A DNA stretch of 64,000 nt from Candidatus Magasanikbacteria bacterium CG1_02_41_34. Lineage in GTDB: Bacteria; Patescibacteriota; Patescibacteriia; Magasanikbacterales; UBA922. The stretch is from positions 8,808 through 72,807 of the forward strand of contig MNVD01000025.1 of NCBI GenBank assembly GCA_001871445.1, in the 5' to 3' direction. Below the pieces are notes generated by a model, which had not been told where the DNA came from, made no database searches, and worked only from the letters and a program-made list of their open reading frames with translations. The position numbers and the translations under genes are program-made. Below, piece after piece: positions 47,646 through 57,758 of this stretch; position 1 is the first letter of the stretch; every line of letters starts with the position of its first letter.

Positions 47646-47894
47646 TTACTTTGCTGTAAATCCGAGGAGTCCTGCAATACGTGCCTGCTTGATTGCCTTG
47701 GCAACCTTGCGTTGATACTTTGCAGACAAACCAGTCTTTCGTCGAGGTTTGATCTTCATATTTGAAGAAAGAAATCGACGAAGTGTTTCGATATCTTTAT
47801 AATCAACGTCTTCGATATCGTGCGCCTTGAAAAAACAGTATCTTTTTTCCTGTTTCTTTGGAGTGTTATTTCGTTGTTGTTGTCTTCGTTCCAT
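47646..47894 (-). CDS. rpsR: 30S ribosomal protein S18
   Basis: YCFFKAHDIEDVDYKDIETLRRFLSSNMKIKPRRKTGLSAKYQRKVAKAIKQARIAGLL is the S18 signature. Confidence 0.9.
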   Translation of the reverse strand: MERRQQQRNNTPKKQEKRYCFFKAHDIEDVDYKDIETLRRFLSSNMKIKPRRKTGLSAKYQRKVAKAIKQARIAGLLGFTAK

Positions 47895-47901
47895 AAAAAG
47901 C

Positions 47902-48336
47902 TTAGAATGGGATGTCTTCTACTTTGATCTCATCGTCGCCAGTATTATCATCCATTGGAGGCATACTGTCATCGCCGCTGCCTGCTGCTGGAGCACTTCC
48001 AGTACCACGTGGGCCATCGAGCATAATCAGATTGTCAGCAACGAGCTCAGTGCGATATTTTTTTACACCATCAGCACCTACCCAGTCACGTGTCTGAATT
48101 CGTCCTTCGACGTACACACGGCGTCCTTTACTGAGGTATTGTCCTGCAATGTCTGCAAGTTTTCCCCAAAGAACACAATTGTGAAATTCAGATTGTTCCT
48201 GCTTTTGACCAGATTGATCTGACCAAACACGATTGGTTGCCACACTGAGTGTAGCGACTGTTTTTCCACTCGTGGTAGAGCGAAGTTCTGGGTCTCGGGT
48301 GAGTCGCCCGAGGATGGTTGCGCGATTGAGATCCAT
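47902..48336 (-). CDS. ssb: Single-stranded DNA-binding protein
   Basis: OB-fold N-terminus (MDLNRATILGRLTRDPELR...), a Gly/Asp-rich tail and the C-terminal DIPF. Confidence 0.9.
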   Translation of the reverse strand: MDLNRATILGRLTRDPELRSTTSGKTVATLSVATNRVWSDQSGQKQEQSEFHNCVLWGKLADIAGQYLSKGRRVYVEGRIQTRDWVGADGVKKYRTELVADNLIMLDGPRGTGSAPAAGSGDDSMPPMDDNTGDDEIKVEDIPF

Positions 48337-48369
48337 AGAGACGTGGATTAAGAGAATAGTGTCTATATA

Positions 48370-48972
48370 TTACACTTGCTTGAGATCATCTTCAAGTAGC
48401 TGATCCAATTTTTTGTCGATATCTTCCATTGCGATTGGCGTAGCTTCTTCTGCTTCAGGTTCGCTTTTCTCCACAGGTACTTCTAGAGCATTGGTTGCTA
48501 TTGGTACTACTGTTTCTTCCTTTGTCTCACTTGTTGGTATGTCTCTTGGGGTCCGCTTCTTTTCGTCCACCATAGGTTCAGGACCTTTTGTTTCTCCACC
48601 AAATCGTTCAAATACGCTTGCAAGGGTCTTCATAGGACCTTCTTCTGTGCGTCCAAGTTTTTTTTGTGTCTCAGCACGCATCTTTGGATCAAATGTAGTG
48701 ATAATCGCACGCAAGATATCTCGGATCAAAGACAATTCTTGTTGCATCTGAGTAATTTTTGACCCATCTTCTGCTGTGAAATGAACAATATGGAAATATC
48801 CATATCGGATATGCTTGATTGGGTATGCGAGTCTACTTTTTCCCCTATCTTGCATGGTAATGTTTTCTCCACCGTGCTTTTCAACAATGGTTTTCACCTG
48901 CTGGACCATGTCAGAAACAATAGTTTCTTCCATAGTTCCAGGAAGTACGACTAGGAGTTCGTACTGCTTCAT
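48370..48972 (-). CDS. rpsF: 30S ribosomal protein S6 with a long acidic C-terminal extension
   Basis: MKQYELLVVLPGTMEETIVSDMVQQVKTIVEKHGGENITMQDRGKSRLAYPIK is the S6 signature. The extension is about 100 aa. Gene order is rpsF-ssb-rpsR. Confidence 0.85.
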   Translation of the reverse strand: MKQYELLVVLPGTMEETIVSDMVQQVKTIVEKHGGENITMQDRGKSRLAYPIKHIRYGYFHIVHFTAEDGSKITQMQQELSLIRDILRAIITTFDPKMRAETQKKLGRTEEGPMKTLASVFERFGGETKGPEPMVDEKKRTPRDIPTSETKEETVVPIATNALEVPVEKSEPEAEEATPIAMEDIDKKLDQLLEDDLKQV

Positions 48973-49204
48973 AGTATGTTATATAAGAATTTATCCCATC
49001 TCCTCCGACGTCAGGGTCGACCTCCCGACAGACAGGTGCGCTATATCATTTGTAGTAGGGTGCACTATAGCAGGACAAGGTCGTATTGTCAAGGTTTTGC
49101 CTGTACAGAGCGCTGTTCTTTCAATATAGGTCATCGACATCCTCAATCACTCGTCATATATATAGTTTATATGCTATGATACGTATATCATCTATACTAT
49201 ATAT

Positions 49205-50932
49205 ATGTTCCCAAAAAACATTATAACAACGTATCTTACGGAGGATCAAAAATTGAAGCCAGCAAAAGTAGAGGATCTTATAGCTGCATCAAAAGAGTCA
49301 GAAAAAAGACTTGAACTTTTTTTGGTAGACGAAGGAATTGTCAAAGAAAAGGATCTCTATAAGTACATGAGCAAAAAAATGGATGTTCCGCTTGTTGACC
49401 TTAGCGAGATGGAAATTCCTCGAGAAACCCTTTCTATCGTACCTCAACCTCTTGCCGAGACACACTATATTATTGCATTTGAAAAAACAAAAGATACCAT
49501 TCATCTGGCAATGCTCGATCCACTCGATATCCAGACAATTGAATTCATGCGACGAAAAACTGGACTCGTACCAGCAGTTTCACTCGCAACACCGAGTGGT
49601 ATAAAACATTCACTGCGTCTGTATCATGCAGATCTTGAAGAAGAACTCAAACAAGTTGGCGTTTCAAATAAAAAAAATTACAACCCAGAAGAATTAAAAA
49701 AAGTTGCAGCGGAATTGCCTATTATCAACATTGTAAAAAGTATTTTGGAACATGCTATTTTTCAAGACGCCAGTGATATTCATATAGAACCAACCGAAAA
49801 AGACGTCTCTGTTCGATATCGTGTCGACGGCATTCTCCATTCAGTCATGCATCTACCAAAACAAGTACAAAACGGTATCATGGCACGTATAAAAATACTT
49901 GCGAATTTGAAAATTGATGAACATATGGTACCTCAAGATGGACGATTTAAAATCGTAGTCAACGAGGAAGAACTTGCCTTTCGTGTTTCAGTTATTCCAG
50001 TGTATGATGGAGAAAAAATAGTCATGCGCGTCTTGCACGAAGGACAAAAGCCACTCACACTGGATCAGCTAGGCTTTCTTCCTGGAGCAAGAAAACTTGT
50101 AGACGCTGCTATCAAAAAACCACATGGTATGGTCCTTGTCACAGGACCAACAGGGAGTGGAAAAACAACGACACTCTATTCGTTGTTGGGTATTCTCAAT
50201 CAGCCAGGGGTAAATATCTCAACAATAGAAGATCCTATCGAGTACCATGTGGGTGGCATCAATCAAAGTCAGATCAATCCACGTGTTGGCTTTGATTTTG
50301 CTTTAGGACTTCGTGCATTTTTACGTCAAGATCCAGACATTATCATGGTGGGAGAAATCCGTGACCAAGAAACAGCCGAAATTGCTATGCACGCAGCCAT
50401 GACTGGACATCTGGTGCTCTCCACACTGCATACCAACGATGCTCCGACCACGCTGCCTCGTCTTATGGACATGGGAATTCCACCTTTTTTGATTGCATTT
50501 ACTGCAAATATTATTGTTGCCCAACGTCTTGTACGACGCCTTTGTGAACATTGTCGTACGTCATACAAACTTGATGGACCGGCTGTGAAAGAACTACAAA
50601 AATTGGTCGATGTCAAAACGATTTTATCACTCTTCCAGGCACATGATATCACACTCAAATCGGCAGAAAAAAAACTTGCCTCCATGGAATTTTTTAGATC
50701 GCCTGGCTGCCGCAAATGCGACAAGAGTGGCTACAAAGGACGTATTGGTATTTATGAAGTCCTCGAAGTGGATGATGGCATTTCAGAACTGATCAACAAT
50801 CGTGGCACTGCTCCACAAATTCATGACTACGCAGTAAAACATGGCATGGTCACCATGCTCGAAGATGGACTTGTTAAAGCTAAACAAGGCATGACAAGCA
50901 TGGAAGAAGTACTGCGCGTAACGAGAGAATAA
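49205..50932 (+). CDS. pilB: Type IV pilus/T2SS assembly ATPase (PilB/GspE family)
   Basis: N-terminal T2SE_Nter domain, Walker A LVTGPTGSGKTTTLYS, and the tetracysteine CEHCR...CRKCDKSGYKGRIGIYE. Confidence 0.9.
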   Translation: MFPKNIITTYLTEDQKLKPAKVEDLIAASKESEKRLELFLVDEGIVKEKDLYKYMSKKMDVPLVDLSEMEIPRETLSIVPQPLAETHYIIAFEKTKDTIHLAMLDPLDIQTIEFMRRKTGLVPAVSLATPSGIKHSLRLYHADLEEELKQVGVSNKKNYNPEELKKVAAELPIINIVKSILEHAIFQDASDIHIEPTEKDVSVRYRVDGILHSVMHLPKQVQNGIMARIKILANLKIDEHMVPQDGRFKIVVNEEELAFRVSVIPVYDGEKIVMRVLHEGQKPLTLDQLGFLPGARKLVDAAIKKPHGMVLVTGPTGSGKTTTLYSLLGILNQPGVNISTIEDPIEYHVGGINQSQINPRVGFDFALGLRAFLRQDPDIIMVGEIRDQETAEIAMHAAMTGHLVLSTLHTNDAPTTLPRLMDMGIPPFLIAFTANIIVAQRLVRRLCEHCRTSYKLDGPAVKELQKLVDVKTILSLFQAHDITLKSAEKKLASMEFFRSPGCRKCDKSGYKGRIGIYEVLEVDDGISELINNRGTAPQIHDYAVKHGMVTMLEDGLVKAKQGMTSMEEVLRVTRE

Positions 50933-51035
50933 TAATGATGGAAGATATTCTCTCTTGTACATCTTGAACACGTAGAACAATTACAACATTTAGAACATAC
51001 TATGATATACTACAGGCGAAAATCACGCCTGTTTT

Positions 51036-52160
51036 ATGTTTGGAAAAAAGAAACAACCACGAAAGCTTTCTTCATTTGAAATAAAAATGAATGATTGGTT
51101 TGCAAAGCATCTCACAAGAATTTCTTTTACAGAAAAAATGTTTTTTGTGGACCATTTAAAGATCATGATCCATGCAGGATTGTCACTTGTAGAAGCACTC
51201 GAAATTCTTGCAAAAGAAACTGGCAACAAAGCACTTAAAATGACGATCGCAGACATTACAAAGGATGTCAGTGGTGGAAAACAACTGAGCGATGTCCTCC
51301 AAAAACATCCAAAAGTTTTTCCAAGCATCTATGTCAAAATGATTGAGGCTGGCGAAGTCAGTGGCAAGCTGGAAGAAGCACTTACACAGATTGCTATCCA
51401 GATGAAAAAAACACACGATTTAACATCAAGCATTCGTGGTGCTATGATTTACCCTTCGGTTGTCATGACAGCAATGATAGGAATTGGATTTCTCATGACA
51501 ACCGTTATATTGCCAAAATTATTAACTATTTTTGATGAATTTGATAGTGAACTTCCTCTTCCTACACGCATATTGATTGTGATTACAAACTTCATGAGTA
51601 AACCATTCAATCTTACCATGATGGCAGTGCTCACTGTCTCCAGCATTGCAGGTTTCATTTATATGATGAAAAAATCAATGCGCTTCCGTTTTGCCGTTCA
51701 TACCATAAATCTGCATTTACCGATTGTAGGAGGTGTTATAAAAAAAATAAATTTGGCACGTTTTTCATTGACACTTTCGTCTCTCATGAAAAGTGCTATC
51801 CCTATTGTAGATGCAGTCACTATCACCGCGGATACCTGTAGCAATCTCAATTACCGTATCTCACTCATGAAAAGTTCAAAAGATTTAGAAAAAGGAGTAC
51901 CACTTTCAGAATCACTTCGTAATTATCCACACCTATACTCCCCCCTCGTCACTGAAATGATCATGGTTGGCGAACGCACAGGAGAGATTGACACACTTCT
52001 TACAGAGCTTGCATCGTTTTATAATGAAGATGTCGACAAAACAATGAAAAATTTCACTACTATTATGGAGCCGGTACTTATTGTTTTTCTTGGTCTTGGT
52101 GTCGGTGGTGTAGCTGTATCTGTTATTATGCCGATGTATTCTCTTGTACAAAATTTTTAA
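51036..52160 (+). CDS. pilC: Type IV pilus inner-membrane platform protein (PilC/GspF family)
   Basis: Duplicated T2SSF domains with 3-4 TM helices. Confidence 0.85.
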   Translation: MFGKKKQPRKLSSFEIKMNDWFAKHLTRISFTEKMFFVDHLKIMIHAGLSLVEALEILAKETGNKALKMTIADITKDVSGGKQLSDVLQKHPKVFPSIYVKMIEAGEVSGKLEEALTQIAIQMKKTHDLTSSIRGAMIYPSVVMTAMIGIGFLMTTVILPKLLTIFDEFDSELPLPTRILIVITNFMSKPFNLTMMAVLTVSSIAGFIYMMKKSMRFRFAVHTINLHLPIVGGVIKKINLARFSLTLSSLMKSAIPIVDAVTITADTCSNLNYRISLMKSSKDLEKGVPLSESLRNYPHLYSPLVTEMIMVGERTGEIDTLLTELASFYNEDVDKTMKNFTTIMEPVLIVFLGLGVGGVAVSVIMPMYSLVQNF

Positions 52161-53259
52161 TATGTTATTTCATCCATATCCAAATGCATTTGGGCTCGAC
52201 ATTGGCGACTTGTCTATCAAGATCGTTCAGCTTGAAAATAAAACTGGTCACAAACGAACACCTTCATTTCGCCTTAAAACAGTACGGCAAATTTCACTTC
52301 CACCAGGACTCATTGTCAACGGGGAAATTCAAGAACCCGAAAAAATCCGAAAATACATTCAACATCTTCTCGAAGGGAAAAAAGGGACAAAACCCATCGA
52401 AGGGAAATGGGTAGTGGCAACCTTGCCTGAAATTCATAGCTTTATCAAAGTCATTCATCTTTCAAAAGAGGCAAAAGATGTTATTGAAGATGATATATTG
52501 TTTTTAGCAAAACAACATATTCCATTTGATGAAGAAAGTTATTATCTCGATTGGCAAATCTTACCGGAAGTAGATGCGGGTGCAACGCGCATTCTAATTG
52601 GCGCCGCCCCAAAATATATTGTAGACATGTATACCTATCTGATAGAAAGCCTTGGGCTTGGTATTTTATCTCTTGAAATTGAGGCACTTGCCATAGCACG
52701 ATCACTTGTCACTTCAAGCAAACTCTATGAAGGCGAGGCACGTGCAATCCTGGATGTTGGGGCAACACAAAGTAGTCTTATTATGTATGACCATGAAACT
52801 ATTCAATTTAGCAAAACTCTTCCGTTTTCCGGAGAACTCCTAACCACTGCTATCATGCAGAGTCTCCAAGTATCCCAGGCAGAGGCAGAAAATATAAAGA
52901 AAACATACGGTGTCATGTACACAAAAAAATATGGCAAAGCTCTTGGTATAATAAAAGAAAGTCTTGATATGTTCATAGAGACAATAGAGCAATCTTTTCA
53001 GTTTTATTATTCCCACTTTCCGCATACCAATACTGTCACACATGTGACGATGTCTGGCGGGGCAACTAATACGCTGCATCTCGCTGAACTTCTTACCGAG
53101 CGCCTCGGTGTCAAGTGTGCACCAGGAAAAGTATGGAAAAATCTTGGGAGCAATCCGGGGGCAGTGCCCAACGAAACATCCTCTCTAGGATTGGCAACAG
53201 CGATTGGTCTTGCACTCAGGGCTGCAGAAAATCCTTTCCATGCTCACGATATGATATAA
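52144..53259 (+). CDS. pilM: Type IV pilus assembly protein PilM (actin-like ATPase fold)
   Basis: FGLDIGDLSIKIVQL...ILDVGATQSSLIMY is the actin/FtsA-like PilM signature. The start is uncertain between 52144 and 52162. Confidence 0.8.
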   Translation: MYKIFNMLFHPYPNAFGLDIGDLSIKIVQLENKTGHKRTPSFRLKTVRQISLPPGLIVNGEIQEPEKIRKYIQHLLEGKKGTKPIEGKWVVATLPEIHSFIKVIHLSKEAKDVIEDDILFLAKQHIPFDEESYYLDWQILPEVDAGATRILIGAAPKYIVDMYTYLIESLGLGILSLEIEALAIARSLVTSSKLYEGEARAILDVGATQSSLIMYDHETIQFSKTLPFSGELLTTAIMQSLQVSQAEAENIKKTYGVMYTKKYGKALGIIKESLDMFIETIEQSFQFYYSHFPHTNTVTHVTMSGGATNTLHLAELLTERLGVKCAPGKVWKNLGSNPGAVPNETSSLGLATAIGLALRAAENPFHAHDMI

Positions 53260-53266
53260 CGTTCAT

Positions 53267-53797
53267 ATGTATCCAATCAGACTCAACCTCATGTCAAAAA
53301 AAAAACAGCAATACGCAAAGCGTATTATGACGATGGGCTTTATCAAAAATACGCTCGCAATTATCTTCATTATGCTTTCTTGTTTTGCTGTTTTTGCTAT
53401 TCTTTCACAACTGTTTTTGCAAACACAATTTGCAGATATTGCACTACAGAGTCTTCGCGTACATACATCCGTAGGAAAAACAAATGCACGTATTCAAAAA
53501 ATAAATACGATAACAAAACAGGCGTCAGCAATACAGATACAATATAAAGAGTGGTCATCATATATTCTCCTCATTGCACAAATCATTCCACATGAGACCA
53601 CGATTTCACAAATTTCATTTCGAGCAAATGACAACATACTTGAGATTGTTGGTTCGTCTCCTTCACGAGAAGCTTTTCTTACACTCAAAGAAAAGCTTGA
53701 GTCACTCGATCAGATTGAAAAAGTCACCATTCCACTCAGTGATCTTACAAAACAAGACAAAATAGATTTTACACTTTCTATCCCGTTTACTTTTTGA
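53267..53797 (+). CDS. pilN: PilN-like pilus assembly protein
   Basis: INLLP-like N-terminus (IRLNLM), a single TM and a periplasmic coiled coil. It sits immediately after pilM. Confidence 0.55.
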   Translation: MYPIRLNLMSKKKQQYAKRIMTMGFIKNTLAIIFIMLSCFAVFAILSQLFLQTQFADIALQSLRVHTSVGKTNARIQKINTITKQASAIQIQYKEWSSYILLIAQIIPHETTISQISFRANDNILEIVGSSPSREAFLTLKEKLESLDQIEKVTIPLSDLTKQDKIDFTLSIPFTF

Positions 53798-53800
53798 TCT

Positions 53801-54352
53801 ATGTTTCATAAGTTGAATCTCAAAAAACAGTTTTATTTGGTCTCCGGTGCGCTTTTGATCGGTTCTATATTTCTTGGTGTCTTTATTATTTATCCAACGT
53901 TAAAAAAAATGTTTTTAGTTAGTGACGATATCAAACAAATTCAGCAAGATCTGGAGAATCAATACAATGACACACAGACAATGCGACGGACGATACGTGA
54001 GCTAGATGCTATAAGCGAAGAAGTGCAACAATACAAAGCCCTTGCCATGCCAAACGGAGACGAACTTACGATTATTGAGGAGCTGGAGTCTTTGGCAGCA
54101 ATACACCACCTTAGCCAGACGCTCGGTGCAACATTTAGCAATACACCAGATCCTGCAGTAGGACTTCCCTACTATACTTTTTCTTTTGTCCTCAATGGAC
54201 CATTTCAAGATATTTTTTCGTATGTAAAAACACTTGAATCCCAATCGTACTACGTACTCATACCAGGCATGACATTACAAAAAACCGGCGATCCTGGACA
54301 TGCAACCCTCAAGTTTGAGGCACGTATTTACGCGCGCCCTACCTCAGCATAA
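53801..54352 (+). CDS. pilO: PilO-like pilus assembly protein
   Basis: N-terminal TM plus coiled coil (QIQQDLENQYNDTQTMRRTIRELDAISEEVQQYK), with operon position after pilN. Confidence 0.5.
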   Translation: MFHKLNLKKQFYLVSGALLIGSIFLGVFIIYPTLKKMFLVSDDIKQIQQDLENQYNDTQTMRRTIRELDAISEEVQQYKALAMPNGDELTIIEELESLAAIHHLSQTLGATFSNTPDPAVGLPYYTFSFVLNGPFQDIFSYVKTLESQSYYVLIPGMTLQKTGDPGHATLKFEARIYARPTSA

Positions 54353-54363
54353 CCGTTCTTCCT

Positions 54364-54849
54364 ATGTCAACAAAAAAGAAAACAACATCTGTTATGTCTC
54401 CACCACCAGCTATTCAGGCAACACCAGATCCAACACCTGAGTCTGCCTCACAAATGCAAAAATCACAAAAAAAACTGAAATTTGCAGAAGCGCATGCTGC
54501 GTCCAAACAACGTCAAGCTTACTCACAAACGGTATATACCAGTCGATTTGCCCAATTTCGTGTATTACGTGTTATCTCATGGAGCATAGGGATCTTTATA
54601 CTCGTAATTTTGTGTTTTGGTCTATGGCGACTCTACAGAACAGTCTTTGACACCATAGAACAAACACAAAATCTTTTTTTTACACAACAGACAAAACGTA
54701 CAGATATTATAAATTTTTCTACGCTTGAAGAGGTGCGAGATGCATGGCAAACAAAATATAACATCATATCAACATCAACTCCGAGAGAAATTTTTGGCGA
54801 AGTAACACCAGTTATACTTGACACAGCAGGTACAGAAGTGAAAGAATAG
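54364..54849 (+). CDS. Hypothetical membrane-anchored protein at the end of the pilus operon
   Basis: S/T/P-rich N-terminus, a single TM (ISWSIGIFILVILCFGLW) and a small C-terminal domain. Confidence 0.45.
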   Translation: MSTKKKTTSVMSPPPAIQATPDPTPESASQMQKSQKKLKFAEAHAASKQRQAYSQTVYTSRFAQFRVLRVISWSIGIFILVILCFGLWRLYRTVFDTIEQTQNLFFTQQTKRTDIINFSTLEEVRDAWQTKYNIISTSTPREIFGEVTPVILDTAGTEVKE

Positions 54850-54855
54850 CCATCT

Positions 54856-55992
54856 ATGCATACTTATGCCTTTCAACTCGGACGTTTGCGAGATCTTTCA
54901 CAGGAAGAAATAGTGACTGTTTTTGCACAAAAACGCATTCTTATTGTACACACTCGCTTGGTAGGCGAACATCTTTTGATATCTGTTGAAACACCTATCG
55001 ATGCCGCAGCAATGATGCATCAGTTGGGTGGAACAAAGCTCATTGGGGAAAAATTGAATCCAAAAGGAAATGCAGAGGAAACTACGTTTTCGTATTTATC
55101 TGAATTACCATCAGATCAAAAACTTCATTTTTCGATCAGTGGCGGCACGCATGCTGCACGACTTGCTGTTGCTGTGAAAAAAAAGTTAAAAAAAATTGGT
55201 CGCTCTGTCAGATATGTAGAGACAAAAAATACTGCAACTATTTTACACAACAATTTGGTGGGGAAAGGATCACATCTTACCATTATTGATAATGTAGTGT
55301 ATGTCACACGAGCCATCCAACCAATCGAAGAAATGAGTGAGCGTGATTACGGACGCCCAAGTATTGACAACAAAAGCGGCATGCTCCCTCCAAAACTTGC
55401 CCGCATGATGATCAATCTTACCATGCCAAACAAAGGAGAAACAATTCTTGATCCATTTTGTGGATCAGGAACACTTCTCGGTGAAGCAATGTCACTCGGT
55501 ATAGAACATATCATTGGGAGTGATATTTCTGAGAGAGCTACCGCAGATGCGCAAGCAAATGCAACATGGTTTCAAGAAAAATTTAACATTCAGCACTCAA
55601 CATTTAGGATTTTTACTTCTGACATCCGAACACTTTCAACAGAAATCGAAAACAAAACGATTGACATCATCGCAACGGAACCTTTACTTGGAGTACCTAG
55701 AACAGGACGAGAACAAAAAGTATTTTTACAAAAACAAGCAGAGGAATTAAAACAACTGTATATTGATGCCTTCAGTGTTTTTAAAAAAATCATGAAACCC
55801 GATGGTCGTATCGTATTTGTTGTACCGCGCTTTCGATACAAAGAAGAATGGATAACCATAGACTGTCAAAAACAAATTGAACAACTTGGTTTTGAATTAC
55901 TCCCGTACGAACTATCGGACATGCCACTTGTTTATGCCAGAGATGAACAATTTGTTGCACGAGAAATTTGGCGTTGGAAGCTTGCTTCATAA
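54856..55992 (+). CDS. THUMP-domain class I SAM-dependent RNA methyltransferase (RlmL/Trm14-like)
   Basis: N-terminal THUMP-like region, MTase motif I ILDPFCGSGTLLGEA and the IIATEPLLG motif. Confidence 0.7.
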   Translation: MHTYAFQLGRLRDLSQEEIVTVFAQKRILIVHTRLVGEHLLISVETPIDAAAMMHQLGGTKLIGEKLNPKGNAEETTFSYLSELPSDQKLHFSISGGTHAARLAVAVKKKLKKIGRSVRYVETKNTATILHNNLVGKGSHLTIIDNVVYVTRAIQPIEEMSERDYGRPSIDNKSGMLPPKLARMMINLTMPNKGETILDPFCGSGTLLGEAMSLGIEHIIGSDISERATADAQANATWFQEKFNIQHSTFRIFTSDIRTLSTEIENKTIDIIATEPLLGVPRTGREQKVFLQKQAEELKQLYIDAFSVFKKIMKPDGRIVFVVPRFRYKEEWITIDCQKQIEQLGFELLPYELSDMPLVYARDEQFVAREIWRWKLAS

Positions 55993-56009
55993 AAATTACC
56001 ATTAACACC

Positions 56010-56042
56010 AAAAAAAGAATCTTATATAAGATTCTTTTTTTG
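56010..56042. terminator. Bidirectional rho-independent terminator
   Basis: aaaaaaa GAATCTTATATAAGATTC tttttttt. Confidence 0.7.
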
Positions 56043-56108
56043 GAATACATCTACTTAGTTTCAAATTCCCAACGTAACAGCATTGAACATGTTAAAAAAA
56101 GAACAATT

Positions 56109-57191
56109 TTACGCACCAATGTGAAAATATGCGACATCACCATCTTGAACAACATATTCCTTACCAACTAATTGCATTTTTCCTTTTTCTTTCACACCAT
56201 TCCAACCACCTGCTTCTACAAAATCTTGCCAATTTGCAATGTCAGCTTTGATAAACTTTTTTATAAAATCTGTATGGATAACACCCGCTGCCAGCTGTGC
56301 GGGTGTGTGTCGCTTCACGGTCCATGCGCGAGTTTCCTGGACGCCAGAAGTAAAGTATGTGACAAGATCAAGGAGCTTGTATCCAGCGGTGATAATTTTA
56401 TCAAGTCCAGAACTGTCCATACCAAGTTCCTTCATAAATTCTACAGCATCGACCTCTGAAAGTTCTGCAATTTCAGCTTCTATTTTTGCTGATACCCGAA
56501 CAACAACAGCACCTTCTTCAAAAAAATTAGCATCTTGTTCTTTGAAATTTGTATCTTCCTCTTCGGTATTGAGAATGTACATCATTGGTTTCATCGTAAT
56601 GAGGTGCAATTCTTTCAGGATCTCCATTTCATCTTCGGTGTACTCAAGTGTACGCGCTGGTTTTCCCTGTTCAAACTGTGCCATCAATTTTTCAAGAAGA
56701 GCCAACTCCACGGCAAGTTCTTTTGCTCGAACTCCTTTGGCATCCTTTGAAACTTTCGCCAATCGAGAAGAAACCGACTGCATATCAGCCAATACAAGTT
56801 CTAAATTTATAACATCAGCATCATCTTTTGGATCTATTTTATTATGAACGTGCGTTACATTTCCATCAGCAAAGGATCGAACTACTTGTGCAATGGCATC
56901 CACATTTCGAATGTGTGACAGAAATTTGTTCCCAAGTCCTTCTCCTTCTGACGCACCTTTGACAAGTCCTGCAATATCAACAAATTCAATCGCAGTGGGG
57001 ACAGCTTTGAGCGATACTGAGGTTGATGTAAGTTTTGCAATACGCTTATCAGGTACCTCAACAATACCAATATTTGGCTCAATCGTACAAAATGGATAAT
57101 TTTGTGCATCAGCCTGTTTACTTTTTGTAAGTGCATTAAAAAGTGTTGATTTTCCAACATTTGGGAGACCAACGATTCCAATTGCTAACAT
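56109..57191 (-). CDS. ychF: Ribosome-binding ATPase YchF (Obg-family GTPase)
   Basis: [22 protein letters not shown]...[10 protein letters not shown] plus the C-terminal TGS domain. Confidence 0.93.
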   Translation of the reverse strand: MLAIGIVGLPNVGKSTLFNALTKSKQADAQNYPFCTIEPNIGIVEVPDKRIAKLTSTSVSLKAVPTAIEFVDIAGLVKGASEGEGLGNKFLSHIRNVDAIAQVVRSFADGNVTHVHNKIDPKDDADVINLELVLADMQSVSSRLAKVSKDAKGVRAKELAVELALLEKLMAQFEQGKPARTLEYTEDEMEILKELHLITMKPMMYILNTEEEDTNFKEQDANFFEEGAVVVRVSAKIEAEIAELSEVDAVEFMKELGMDSSGLDKIITAGYKLLDLVTYFTSGVQETRAWTVKRHTPAQLAAGVIHTDFIKKFIKADIANWQDFVEAGGWNGVKEKGKMQLVGKEYVVQDGDVAYFHIGA

Positions 57192-57209
57192 AAAATAAAT
57201 TCTAAATTA

Positions 57210-57662
57210 CTACTCAAGGGTCTGTTCCAAGGATTCTCTTAAACTATTTTTTATTTTGATCAATTCATTCTCAGAGGGTCTTGCTGTATCATTAAATCGT
57301 TCTTTTGAATTACCATACCATACTGGCAATGCTGGCTCTTCATCATCTTCATATCGTGGAATGATCTACCAATGCATATGCATATCTTTATTTCCAAGCA
57401 ATTCATAATTCAATTTCCTTGGCTGAAATGCTTTGAATACTCCTTCTGCAACAATACTCATTTCTTCCAAAAACTTCTTTTTAAACTCTACATCCAATTG
57501 AAACAGCTCTGCTTTATCTTCTTTACAGAGAAATATAGTAGTTCCTCGATAATACTGGAAGTCTGCGATGACAGCATATCCAGTTTCGTACTCCTTTACA
57601 AAGTATGAATTTGTACCATCTATAATTTGTTGTATCCTGTCGCAACAAAAGCAATCTAACAT
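57210..57662 (-). pseudogene. HIT-family hydrolase gene interrupted by an in-frame TAG at 57366-57368
   Basis: The 98-aa ORF ends ...GNKDMHMHW then TAG. The same frame continues IIPRYEDDEEPALPVWYGNSKERF... to a stop at 57210. This completes the HxHxH...PR histidine-triad motif across the stop codon. The N-terminus has a CFCC zinc motif. Confidence 0.6.
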
Positions 57663-57758
57663 ATTAGTACTTAGCGACTACACGAATAATCTATTCATAT
57701 ACAAATGTTTCGCTATACTACTCTCCTTTTTGTAGTTTTGTAAAGGGGCAACACGCCA

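Noticed and set aside
57366-57368. Alternative genetic code (stop-codon reassignment) to explain the in-frame TAG in the HIT gene
   Set aside because: TGA and TAA clearly terminate well-conserved genes here (GT2, pilB). One internal TAG is more parsimoniously a mutation, a sequencing error or a local readthrough than code 25-style recoding.
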